DNA of 63,109 bases, counting the filler, from Choristocarpus tenellus KU-1152 (taxonomy: Eukaryota > Protista > Phaeophyceae): the NCBI GenBank assembly GCA_964200185.2. It is 10 parts of 10 records of this genome, joined end to end, with 100 filler letters (N's around TTAATTAATTAA, not from the genome) between each part and the next. Parts side by side here need not be neighbours in the genome. Positions count along the whole stretch, not along the records: positions 10,666 to 14,964 come from CAXNAD020015231.1; positions 15,065 to 19,005 come from CAXNAD020017021.1; positions 19,106 to 33,223 come from CAXNAD020001274.1; 7 more parts are not named here. One strand, 5' to 3'. Of the stretch, positions 12,657-24,850 are shown one piece after another (the stretch's first letter is position 1; every line of letters starts with the position of its first letter). Position numbers and translations under genes: made by a program. Under the pieces are notes generated by a model. The model was not told where the DNA came from, searched no databases, and saw only the letters and a list, made by a program, of their open reading frames with translations.

Positions 12657-13868
12657 GGAGGGGAGGTCAAGTCCGGGCGGGGTAGATGTCTTCTAGTTGA
12701 AAGGTACGGTATGAAGGGGATGATGAAGGGGTGTTCTTGGATGATTATGGAGTGGTGTTGAGTGGTGTGGGGGAGTGGTAACTGGTGTGGGGTTAGGTGG
12801 AGTAGTAACTGGTGTTTAGTTGAGTGGAATGGTAACTGGTGTGAGGTTGAGGGGAGTGGTAACTGGTGTGGGGTTGAGTGGGGTTGAAGGGTGGGGTAGT
12901 GACTGAAAATCAGCGGCGAATGGGTCGCACTGGTTGGTGATCAGAGGTGGACGGTGGCTGGAAATCAGTGGCGAAGGGGTCGCACTGGTTGGTCATCAGA
13001 TGATGTGGAGAGTGACTGAAAATCAGTGATGAAGGGGTTCACACTGGTTGGTCACAAGTGGTGGTACAATGGGGAGGAGGGGAATGGGTGGAATACAAAC
13101 ATAGAAAAATAATAATAATCCAGAATTCGTGAGTAAAACAAAACTTTGCTATATTTTGGCTAACTTTAGACATGACTTTTTGAGAAACCCCTCGATCAAG
13201 CAGTGAAAAAAGGGAATGTTTATGAAGTAATCTGAGTTTTGTGGGCGGAAGAATTCTTGGTTGGTTATGGGCATAGGGCAAGAAGGGGACAGTAAAGAAA
13301 TAAAATTATCAAGGAGGGAATGAAGAGTTAAAGATTGAGTGATAAAAGTTAAGAAAGGGAGGAGAGTGGTTAAGAAAATAGGTTGCAGGCAGAGGCACAA
13401 GGGGAGAAGGAATGAACAGTGTTGAATCGAAGAGGAAACCTGAGGCTGGGGTGACAAGATGAGGAGGGCTAGATCAAGAGGACCCCCGAGCAAGCTTTCC
13501 TGCCCACCCACCCTGTCGCTTGCTCATGGCCGACTTGGATCTTAGGTTGGGAGGGGAGGTCAAGTTCGGGTGGGGTAGATGTCTTTTAGCTCAAAGGCAC
13601 GGTATGAAGGGGATGATGAAGGGGGGTTCTTGCATGATTGTGGAGTGGTGTTCGATAGTGTGGTGGAGTGGTAACTGGTGTGGGGCTGAGTGGGGTTGAA
13701 TAGAGTTGAAAGGGGTGGTAGAGACTGGAAATCAGTGGCGAAGGGGGTTCGCTCTGTTCGCCCTGGTTGGTCACAAGGGTTGTTAGAATGTGAGGAGAAA
13801 AGGGAATAAGGAGGAATGCAAACATAAAATTAAAAAATAATAATCCAGAATTCGTGAGCAAAACAAAA
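12657..13868. repeat. Diverged direct repeat pair (12657-13143 and 13550-13868) with internal tandem subrepeats
   Basis: Both copies start GGAGGGGAGGTCAAGT and end TAATAATCCAGAATTCGTGAG.AAAACAAAA. Confidence 0.85.
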
Positions 13869-15104
13869 TGGGAGTTTGCATGATATTAGAGAGAATTGGT
13901 AGGAAAACGCCGAAACCTCTCTTACACCCTGAAAAGTCGTGACAAGGCAATTAACCCTCTATTGTATCCCGTTTTCTCTTATATCATCCTCTCTTATACA
14001 GGTATACTGTCCGTACTTTAAAAAACTTTCCTGGTGTATATACAGGTAGGCAAAAACTGTACGTAGTAGTTAGTAACTATAAACGAGTACTACAGTGGTG
14101 GTGCCTTATACCAGTGCTTCAAGTATGGTTGGTGATCTGATTGTATCCCTGCATATGCAATACAAGTGGTAAGAAGAGTAGATTTTTTGTGATGATAGGT
14201 CCCTAACCATAATATGCATGCATGTGGCATGTGATTAGTTTTGGAACCTACAAGATAAGGGTTCGAGCGATGTAATTACTTACACGGATAATAAAACTAC
14301 CTAGTACTATGATGTAGAGAGCTGTAACTACTAGTAGTTCCTACTTTGAAGTAGTTATTATAATTATATGGTATGGAACCAATAACATTTCGCATTTTCT
14401 AGATGATATTTATAATGATGTGGGAAAGAACCAAGAAAGAGAGTATAAATTATAATTGTAGAGGACAACTATTTCAAAGTCTATGGTATGCGAAACATGC
14501 GTACTTCTGTACTGTTCAGGTTTGATTATCGGTCCAGAGAGTATTGGATGGTCTATCCCTAACATTGGGAGGAGGTTCCAAAACTGAAGCCATTATGATT
14601 GTCTGTGGCGTTTGCCTCCCAATATTTGTGCGAAAGTTGCACAATATAGTTGGACTATTTTGGATTATATTATGTATGCAGCCCAATATTCTATACATAA
14701 TACTCAGTACTAAGAAGAGTGGATTTTTCCATGTTAGGGGTGTATGTATGACAGAATACACTTGCTGGAACCCTAATCTTGGTAGGTAGATCCCAACACC
14801 AATAATCACTTCTATGCATGCTGCGTAGAACTTTATCATCTCTAACAATCTACTCTTCATACACTAAAAGCATATATATTACACCTGCTAACGTTTTGCA
14901 GATAATATTAATAATATAAATAGACTCTTGGGATGCTTCCTTAGCTTCCCACCCCGGGCACAGGNNNNNNNNNNNNNNNNNNNNNNNNNNNNNNNNNNNN
15001 NNNNNNNNTTAATTAATTAANNNNNNNNNNNNNNNNNNNNNNNNNNNNNNNNNNNNNNNNNNNNATATTTTATTTCTTTAGGGCTAATAACGACATATAT
15101 ATAG

Positions 15105-15900
15105 TTTTGATTGGTTTCCCCCCTGACACATCTGCAAAATGTCAGAGGGCATAATAATAAAAATATGTCTTAATATTTTTTTGTGGCTTCTTTCTCTTTT
15201 CTTTCTTTACTCTTCTACAGGCTTTCCCTTTTTAATATATATAATAATTTGATTATTTTATTATCATTTGTTTATTTATATTTCCTTTTTTGCAGTGATT
15301 GTACCTTTTCGACCTTCCAAGACAGTTCTCTGTGACCCCTCAGACCTCATACAGATAAAAAAAAGTACAACAATCGAAAATATCTAACATTTACCACAAC
15401 TAACTGTAACTTTTTAGATGGTTCTGACATTTGAATGGTTTTTCATTGGTTTCCCTTGACAAATCTACAAAATGTTAAATTGCATAATAAAAAATAATAT
15501 ATCTGCAACCATTACTAAACAATCTATTCTATGGTACAATAAATATATGTAGTGGTCGTTGTGACTTTAAATGATTCTGTTCCACTATAGAAGCAATATT
15601 TGAAAATGGAAGGATTTTCACAGGTTGGGGGTCAATTAATAATCTGGAACTTTCGTTGCTTGAGTTATGTTCCATATTACGCTACAGGCAATTCCAAATA
15701 TATACTTTTATTATATATTATTATGCCCTCTGACATTTTGATGTGTCAGGGGGAAACCAATGAAAACTATATACATATGTGTATATAAAATGTCCTAAAC
15801 ATAAGAATACTATAAGACAATGAGTGGAAAACACTAATCAGTTACTTCAGCATTATCAAATACTTTTATTATTATGCCTTTGACATTTTGTAGATGTGTC
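15105..15900. repeat. Cluster of a second short dispersed repeat (CCCCTGACACATCTGCAAAATGTCAGAGGGCATAATAA) in both orientations; also at 18690-18800 and 18915-18960
   Basis: Copies at ~15105-15165 (+), ~15385-15495 (+), ~15710-15770 (-) and ~15865-15900 (-). Confidence 0.75.
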
Positions 15901-16139
15901 ATGTAGTGATAGTTTGGGATTGTCCTGTCATAACTTTTTAATACAGATATGGGACTAAACAAATATAAAACATATTCATAACGACCATCACAAAGTCCTC
16001 CAGAATATTATCTTCGGGTTTTCTTCACCATTTTTTTTAATTTTCGAAGAAAGACCTCTCATGTTGAGGTTCGAACCCTCCAATGTAGATCACCAAGAGA
16101 TGCACTATTACTTGACCAGGAAAAAAAACTCCTGTCCCT

Positions 16140-17700
16140 TTCTTCCTGTGTGTTTGCTCAACCACTCTTTGACCTCGGCATGGATGTCCTCGTCGACGAC
16201 CAGAACGAAACACCTCTCGTAGCGCCCTTGCTTCGACACCTTGAAGCGGCCCTTAGTTAGGAAGTGAGCCAAAGTATCTTAGAGGGTAGGACCACGTCCA
16301 TTTGGGGACCTAAATCAAATGCTCCAATTTTGATGTAATTTTGGCTGTCGTGTTTGTTGAGCAGTGTCACTACCCTTGTTCTGGACACACCTTTTCATAA
16401 CGTATACATTTTACTTACTACGAAACGTTTTGGAGTGGGAAAATGTCATAAGAAAACCCATGGGAAGCCAAGCCTCAAACGGACAAATAGGGCAAAACTC
16501 GTACCTTCTAAGATATTTTCACTCAAGTCTCCCATTATTGCTCACAGTTTCCGACCTGACCATCGCATATCCTGATGCCATCTCGAGCGCTGTTTGATGG
16601 TCTTTCCTGTCGTTCATACACAGGTGTAGAATTCGCAGTGTTAGAGTCTTTACTATCACATTTCCTCGTTGAGGACCGGAAATGTACGTCGTCTGTGTTT
16701 CTTGAACGACGGGTGATATTTTATCAAGGCGCAAGGGCGAGGGAGGACAGGCTTGAGTTGATCGAAAATTGTGTTGATTTCTCGATGAATGCAGGCGGGG
16801 AGAAAGCCTTAATCAACTTTATACGTCCAACCCTAAGTCCAGGAACAAATGTGAAGTACGGTATCTTGCAAGAAGTGGGAAACACCAGACCATTGGTGTG
16901 CAAATAGTCTCAATCTCACCTCCTCTTCTTCCCTGGCATCCTCGTCGATGGCTACCTCCACCTGCTTCGCGACCTCTTTGAAGTAAAGGATTTGATGGTA
17001 TCAAAAAGTCTCCACAGCTACCTTTGTTACGATCGCATTCTCCTCCGCCTTGCGAGCCTTTTCGACCTTCTTTCGGGCTTCAGGGCCCTTGTAGCTCAAC
17101 CCTAACACCTTCTTTCTCGTTTCCTTGAGCCACTCTAGCTAGCACACCTTCCAAACAGCTAGGGTCTGCTGCAACTATCGACTACTAAGATGTTCTACAC
17201 CCAGGTTTTCGCTGAGGCGTTTCCTGAGCGCAATGGCAAGCAGTCGCACTGCTCTCTTCCCCAACCTTCACTTCGGGCGGCCACTCTGGTTCTCCCTTTG
17301 CCAGCCATAACCAGGCTTCCCCACAGTACCACACCTGGTGATGGACTCGCTGCTCTCTTCCTGCTTTCCTGAGGCGGCAGAGACTGTACAGCAGTGCTTC
17401 GATATGGTTGAAGATCCAACCACGTTTGTGTGGTAATGCTTTCCATGCATCTTCTCTCAGCGTCAGTGTCGCAGCTGCGTGATCCATTGCGCGATTTGAT
17501 CATGCTGCTGCGCCACACTACTCGCACTTTCTCGTCACCTAACATCGCACTTAGTGTATTACTGTACTTGCTTTTCCGTCGCCTCTCGACAGAGAAGGTG
17601 CCGAGGGTAGATCCAGGGGGCAGAGTGGTCTCGGCGGCTCTCCTTGTCTCATTCTCGTGGGCCATGTTGCTGTGTGCATCACACGTGTGTGTGCTCGCAG
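16140..17700 (-). mobile_element. Decayed N-terminal part of an IS630/Tc1-related transposase (fungal/oomycete type), interrupted by MITE C
   Basis: Fragment DFLTKGRFKVSKQGRYERCFVLVVDEDIHAEVKEWL resembles the 'S.QG.H...L.DED....WL' region of that family. Multiple frameshifts. Confidence 0.5.
16266..16524 (-). mobile_element. MITE family copy C, full length
   Basis: Both TIRs present; flanks aagt/aagt. Confidence 0.9.
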
Positions 17701-18319
17701 AAAGTCTGCAAATGGCAATAGAATAATGTCCGCAAATCTTGGGTTTTTCTCGGTATCGCCACACGCGCCAAACTTGGGCAGCGACCTACCCCGGATCAGG
17801 TTTTTGCAAGGAGTTCAGCCAACCACTTCATTTTTGTCCGTTTTGAAGTCCTGAACTTCAAAATTGCGGTGGAGATGTCCCCCCGCGTTTTTATCATTAT
17901 TTGATCGGGACATAGCTCCCGTTCCCCTAAGCCTCAACATTCGTGAATACAAACCTTCAAATCCTCTTGTCATACCCTTTCATTTGATATATATATATTG
18001 TTGTATAACTCGTTTGGCGATACGGTGAAAAAAAACAAGATTGCCACAGAGGGCGAAGCTACTAATACCGCTTTAGGAAAATCAATGAAAAACCATCCAA
18101 ATGTCGTAAACCCTGAAAAGTTATAGTTGTCATAAATGTTAACATAGCTTAGCCCTACACGCCAGGGCGAGGAGCTAGGGAAGCAGCCCAAGAATCTGAC
18201 AGACCCCTCCTTTCCCATCTCCCTGGTGTCTTCAGCTTAAGCGCATGACATGTCTCGATAGAGCTAATTGTTTAGGGACAGACACTATCTGTCGTAGACA
18301 GGATTTGACATACACTATT

Positions 18320-18620
18320 CGTAGTTATAATCTCAACACCTTTGTGGTGGAAAGTTTTGGACGCCTTGGTAAGCCAGCGCAAAGTTTTCTGGATGAGTTG
18401 GCTACACACACGGTATGGGGGAGAGGGACAGGAGGCTACAGCTTGAAGGGAGTTGTCAAATCCAGTTTACGACAGATAGTATCTGTGGGTACACGAGTGG
18501 CTCTATAAAGACGTGCTATGCTTCATAAGCTGGGGACACCAGGGAGATGGGCAAGGAGGAGCCTGTCAGATTATTGGGATGCTTCCCTAGCTCTTCACCC
18601 TGTGGTGTAGGGCTAAGCTA
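18320..18620 (+). mobile_element. 3' end of a CRE-like non-LTR retrotransposon (restriction-like endonuclease end plus 3' UTR), 5'-truncated
   Basis: FVVESFGRLGKPAQSFLDELATH...KGVVKSSLRQIVSV matches the C-terminus typical of CRE-clade elements. Further 3' UTR copies at 18145-18240 (inverted) and ~14928-14955. Confidence 0.65.
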
Positions 18621-19106
18621 GGTTGGAGGCATAGCAGGGGAGTGGTGTAGTATAGCTGGTAGTCAAATGGTATATAGACTTTGGAGATATATCTTTCACA
18701 TTTGCGACAACCGTTACTTTTTCAGGGGTCCTTATGATAACGAATTGGTTTTTCCCCTGACACACCTGCAAAATGCCAGAGGGCATAATAATATATAATA
18801 TATACTCGTCAACAACCTTTTTAGTCATACCACAAACCGAACGTCCTACTACTACTACTCTCTGTGCTTTGTACTACTGCTGTTAAACTATATACTTCGA
18901 AGTAGTGTAAATTTCATATTATTATGCCTTCTGACACTTCAATGATGTGTTCAGGGGGGGGAGGATAAGGATCGAACCATAGGAGAAGCACTGCAGATAT
19001 AACAGNNNNNNNNNNNNNNNNNNNNNNNNNNNNNNNNNNNNNNNNNNNNTTAATTAATTAANNNNNNNNNNNNNNNNNNNNNNNNNNNNNNNNNNNNNNN
19101 NNNNNG

Positions 19107-19532
19107 GAGTGAAAGTATCTTAGAGAGTACAAGTTTTGCCCTGTTTGTCCATTTGGGGCTTGGCTTCCAATGTTTTTTTAATGATATTTTCCTACTCCAA
19201 AATGTTTCGGAGTAGGTAATATGTATATGTTATGAAAGTTGTGTCCGGAACAACGATATTGATACTTCCAAATAAACACGATAGTCAAAATTACATCAAA
19301 ATCGCAACACTGCATTTTGGCCCCCAAATGGACACGGCTCTACCCTCTAAGATACTTTGGTCCTAGGAGTAGGTATAGTGTGTATGTTTATGAAAAAGGT
19401 ATGTCCAGAACATGGACATAGGTATTTGACACTTCCTAACATACACAACGATAGCAAAAATTACATCAAAATCGCAACTAGGATTGTGACTCCCAAATGG
19501 ACGCGGCTCTACCCTCTAAGATACTTTGGCTC
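19107..19532 (+). mobile_element. MITE family copies D1 (~19107-19362) and partial D2 (~19366-19532) in tandem
   Basis: One full unit followed by a duplicate of the right two-thirds, ending GATACTTTGGCTC. Confidence 0.85.
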
Positions 19533-19534
19533 CC

Positions 19535-21650
19535 ACCGTACCAAATGGCTGAATGCCATTTCAGTTCGCCCAGAAGCCATGCCACTTCTTGATTGGTGGC
19601 ATGCCATCTTCGTTTGCAATGGTATCACAAATATTGGTTACCGTGCATGCCATGCTATGTGCTCTTGCACATAGATTTGGGTTACTTCCTTCCTGCATTG
19701 TTTTCTCTCTCAGGAGACCTAGCGCCCTTTCTATCACCTTGTTGTATTGAAGTGTATCAGGCACCGTCATATGGTGTTGGATAGACAGCTACAATAGAAA
19801 TTTATGTAGATCCCCTTCAATCTCAGCTTGCTTATCTGTGCAGATGGCACCAATGTACTACTTTATTGGTTTAGCCATATCAACAATGAATTCATGTGAG
19901 AGTAGTAGTTGACAAAGATCATAGCAGAGTGCTTTTCTCCATTGCTTGCCACCTTCATTGGTCCTATCAGACCCCAAAATAGTCATCCCAATTGTTCTTT
20001 AGCTCTGTTGTCCTTTTTCTTGGGTACTGTGTGTCTGTGCGCTTCTGCTTTGGAGTATCCTAAGCAGGGTTTCTAGCTCCCGCTTAATATGAGGCCGTAA
20101 CACTTGGTCGCCTCATTTGAGCTGCTTGTGCGGGTGTCCTAGCATGCTTTGCATTTCCAGTATATCTCTCTGTTTAACAGGCATTGCTGCAAGCGCCATC
20201 CCTGATGCTGCAACCTGTTGTATCTTGACAGTGTATTGTCTTTCCCAGAATGAAAGCAGTATGCGTTGTCATCACCACCCATTACTTCTGTGTCACCCCT
20301 CATGTAAATGCTACAGCCTGACATAATCTAAGCGCCCTTCACTGATAGGAGGTTCTATCCCAAGTCTGGTACTAGTGCTAGCTTTTCCAATGTAGTCATT
20401 TTGGCACTCTGCTTCAGCTGCTATACCCACACCTCCAATATTCCGTAGACCTCAACCTCCACGAATTTTCCATTGGTGAGCTCCACTGCTGCTGCACCAA
20501 CATCGGCTTGAAATTGATTAAGTCACTTGCGTCCGCCACTGAGTCCAAACCCCATTCGGTCTAGTCACTCTCCGCATCTGAAAAAGCGGTTGGAGTCAAA
20601 TTATCTTAGAGGGTAGAGTCACGTCCGTTTGGGGACCGAAATCCAAAGTTGGGATTTTGATGTAATTTTGACTATCGTGTTTTTTAGGAAGTGTCAATAT
20701 CCTTGTTCCAGACACACCTTTCCATAACATACATATTTTACCTACTCCGAAACATTTCAGAGTAGGTAAAATGCCATTTAAAAAAAACATGGGAAGTCAA
20801 GCCCCAAACGGACAAACAGGGCAAAACTCTTACCCTCTAGAATGCTTTCACTCTTGCATAGTTCGATTGAGTCGTGTTCACCATGGTCGCCATCCAAGTT
20901 ACCATGTGTTTTTGACCTGAGGTCTTACCATTTTTCCCATCGCTCTGATTAGACCAGTTGTGAGAGTCCTTGGGAAGAGTCCTGTCTTGCTGCAGATGAA
21001 ACACCTTCCAGTTTTCTTAGTTTTTGATGTACTCTGGGTGTTCCCCCACAGCACTCCCTTGCCTTTTGCCTCCACTTACCGCAAGATGCACAATCTCTTG
21101 TGAACTCTAATTTCTTCACCTCACAGTGCTTTGCTGTGTGACCTAGTCTCTCGTGGAGCTGGCAACTCGCAACCTCAGCCAGTGCATAACTTGCTGTTAC
21201 AAGTGTAGCATTTCCAGTGGCTCATTGTTCCATTTGCAGTCACTCATATTGCTTTGCAATCATTGTGTTGATCCTCACGCATGGAAGTGATCGATGCATC
21301 ACTGTCCAACATTCTTTCTCCATCTTGTACTTCATGGACAGTCCACTAATGATGTTGATGCTGATGATGTTGACCAGGTCTGCCGACATCTTTACCCTCA
21401 ACCTCTCGAGCTCCTTAATGACTCAATCAATGCAGAGTGTAAACTTGGTCGGATTTCCTTCTGGATCATCACCATCATGTTTAAGCCCAGCATTACTCAC
21501 TTGACTACCAGGCTGATAGTATGTGAGCAAATGCCTTCCAAACCTGGATTGGTGACTCTGCACCTACCACAATCTCGAAGTCGATGTCCCTGTACGTGGT
21601 TATCAGTGACCTCCATGCCACCTCAGTCTTATGCAGTCAATCTGTGTTGA
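19535..21650 (-). mobile_element. Degenerate Ty1/Copia gag-protease-integrase remnant
   Basis: Decayed zinc knuckle (CASCGKWRQKAREC), protease-like WGLDS, and integrase segments LIGPMKVASNGEKHSAMIFV and PDTLQYNKVIERALGLLREK. Many stops and frameshifts. Confidence 0.75.
20593..20853 (-). mobile_element. MITE family copy E, full length, inside a Copia remnant
   Basis: Both TIRs present; flanks ttg/ttg; internal hairpin ATTTTACCTACTC...GAGTAGGTAAAAT. Confidence 0.9.
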
Positions 21651-24600
21651 CAACCGTGCTGTCGAAGTCAGTGTGACCAATATTGACGGCCCCCTCAGGT
21701 ACATTGAAAGTCACGTTGCACCTAAGGGATCTCATATGCACACGGGGCATTGTTGCCCAGCTCCACCAGTCTTCTCCCTTGTTTGAGAAAAGATACAGAC
21801 CTCCACCTTCAGGTTGACGGCTTGGCGCACCATTAGCACTTCTCCAGCAATAACCACAATAGTTACTCCACGCTCACCATCTCTGTCCCAGATGAATCTC
21901 TGCAGAAATTGTCTAGCCTATATTGGCCATACTATAGCGTGTTCGTTGACTCCTGCATTCACCAACACAGACTCTCCCTCCCTTAACACATTGGGACTTG
22001 GCTCTCACTCCATCAGGTGTGTCTTGAGAGATGCTTACTACCTGTATGTTCTTATTTGCTCTCTCTCGTGCTTGTAGATTGAACTCTGTATAAGGGCTTA
22101 GTCCTCTTTCTGGAAATTTGGAAGTGAGGTCGTGTGGGACTATCTTTACGTTAATATATCAGATATCTAGAACAATGTTATTTCTAGAAGCTCCAGATAT
22201 TTCTGTCCTTCTAGGATGTACCATTTCGACTGAAAAAGTCAAACACATTTCACTTAACATGTTTTGGAATACTTGGAATACTTCTTACAGCGCAAACACT
22301 ACTAACAACATATACATGGCAGGTTATGTAAAAAATATAATGTCTGACCTCTGGGTGCCGTAGTTTCCTGATCACCTTCTCTGTGCCCTTTATACTATGA
22401 ACAAGCTGCTCCTCAACCTCTTTCTTGTTGACCTTGATTTGCCTAATGGTCCTCAATCACCCAACTAAGAGAGTGGAAATTGCTTCACTACTACTACCGT
22501 GGATCTTTTAAAAAAAGCAGGTCCAGCATTTTGTCATTTTGGGCCAAACTAGATACACCCATTTCCCAATTCCACCCGATATGACCTTGGGCCTGGTGAA
22601 GAAACTGCCACTGACCGTAACGATAACAACAGGAGTAGGATAAAAAAAGTCGACCCCCTGCCGGCAAGGTGTAAAATTTTCAGCGATGGAAGAACTTGTT
22701 TGAGTTGAAGCAGCAGGAAAGTTGTTGACAACACAATGGGGGTCATCATCACTCTTCTCCTTTCAGGAGTATGCCTTTCAAAGCACAGCCTCCACATCTC
22801 CTCCTGTCCTTCATTCAGATCCATGGTGCAGCATATTCCATGGAGGTATACTGGCCATTCTAATTTTCTCAACGGCAAACCACATTTTTGATACTCTTGT
22901 GATAAAATAGGACAGGTAGATATGCTGCTTCATGTTGTCGCTTGGTTAAAACCTTCCTTTTATCCAGCTATGATCCACAAGTTTTTCACTATTTTCCACA
23001 AAGTATGATTTAGTGAAGTACTTCAGTTACTTTTTAACCTTCCAACATTCATCAGCCATTACACACTATGTTCAATATCTTCATGTCAAATATTGATCTC
23101 AATGCCTCGAGCGTCCTTAATACTTCAAGCTACTCTTTATAGCATTGTTTAGGCTACTTGGAATTACCAGCACTATATGCCCACAGATACTGAAAGCTTA
23201 GAGGTGCAAATGGACCGTACATTGAAAAACACCTACCTGTGGATATATACATAACTGTAACATAGAATGGTTTAGCGCTCCAGTAATGATACCTGCTACT
23301 GACTACAACAAGCACCACTACCACAGCATACTCACAACTAAGAAGGGCAGTTCTCCAGAGCAGGTAGATATACATGATGTGAGTCAATGGCTATTACACC
23401 AATCGATTCACTTCTCTATTCCTGGAATGCAAAATGCCGAGCAACATATACACATGGCACATTGAGCGCAATCAAAGGCAATCCCAGACAAGTCTGAAAG
23501 TGTCAAAAGTTGTTTGGCTGATCTGTTTGTTGTTGGAAATATCATCATTGTACAAGATTTCATTGGTGAGACAATAAAGCTGCCTCTTGCAGTTACGAAA
23601 ATGTTGTCCCCAAAAACCGCAAATATCACACATGGCTGCTTTGTATTTCGATTTTGATTTGACAACAGGGAGCAAGCAACTACACGTGAGTACAATGATT
23701 TACCAAATCTGACCAGTCATCAAAAGCTGAATTTTTAATTTGGTAGATACGCACCAGAGAGGTATTAATAACAAAACACCTAACAGAAATAACACCATGT
23801 TTTCGTTTGAAGTTTGCAAACAGTGCTCTATGGTGCACATCCAAAAAAATTAGAAATTTCAGCTTTTGAGCAACTAGTCTGATTTGGCAAATCGTTACAA
23901 CCACGTGTACCTATTACCTCTGTGACGTAAAAAACAAATCAGAACACAAATCAGCAGCGTAGAGTCCGAGGAAAACGGTGACATAGATGTGTACTTTTCA
24001 GGGACCAGATTATTGTACGCTATATAAGAGGCGGCCTAACCCTTCTTAATTAACCTCTGTTGGGTTTGCCTGATATGACTTTGGCTCCACTAAAAAAAGA
24101 CAACATATTTTGTACTACTACAATCGGAAACTTGCTGAGTTCCTATAATAATTATTACAACAAATATGAACCTAAATATCACAATCCATATTGGACTAGG
24201 GATCCCAAGCCTGTGGTGAAAAGGGAGTTCCTACATACCCAACAAACACTGCATTGTAACACCACCCAGCAAAAAAAATGTTCATTCCACTACAAGAGCC
24301 AACAGAGAGACTTGTGTTGTGTTTATGTCAATGGTGGAACAAACAGGTCAAGAGATTATATGCTTAGGGTTTACCTCATGACATACGAAAGTGCATGTAG
24401 TTATCCAGAGAGCATGCACCTATGTTAAGACGACAGTTTTATCCCTAAACCCATCTTAGGGATCTCACAACGTATTATCGTTACCCTTGCAGTTCCCAAT
24501 GCTTCGTACCTCAGAACTTCCAAAATCAACTTTTACCTTTTTGTAAAAAGATACTGCATCACAGAGTATCATGTTCTACTCTCAAGAGGACTACTACAGG

Positions 24601-24850
24601 AGTCACAACAGCGACAACACACAGGTGCACAACCTGAAACGGGAATATTTACATTTGAAGCAATCACCCTGCCAAAAATCGAAGAAGCAGTCCCCTGTCG
24701 CCACCCCCGAGTCTTGATAACTTCCTGTCAGTCATACAGAACTCAATCACGACATAAACAAAAAGATCGGGAGGCTACAACCGTTTACTACCTCCCCTGT
24801 GGTGCAGCCGCCCCCACTTTTTTCTTGAGCCATCACATGAATCTTTGCGT

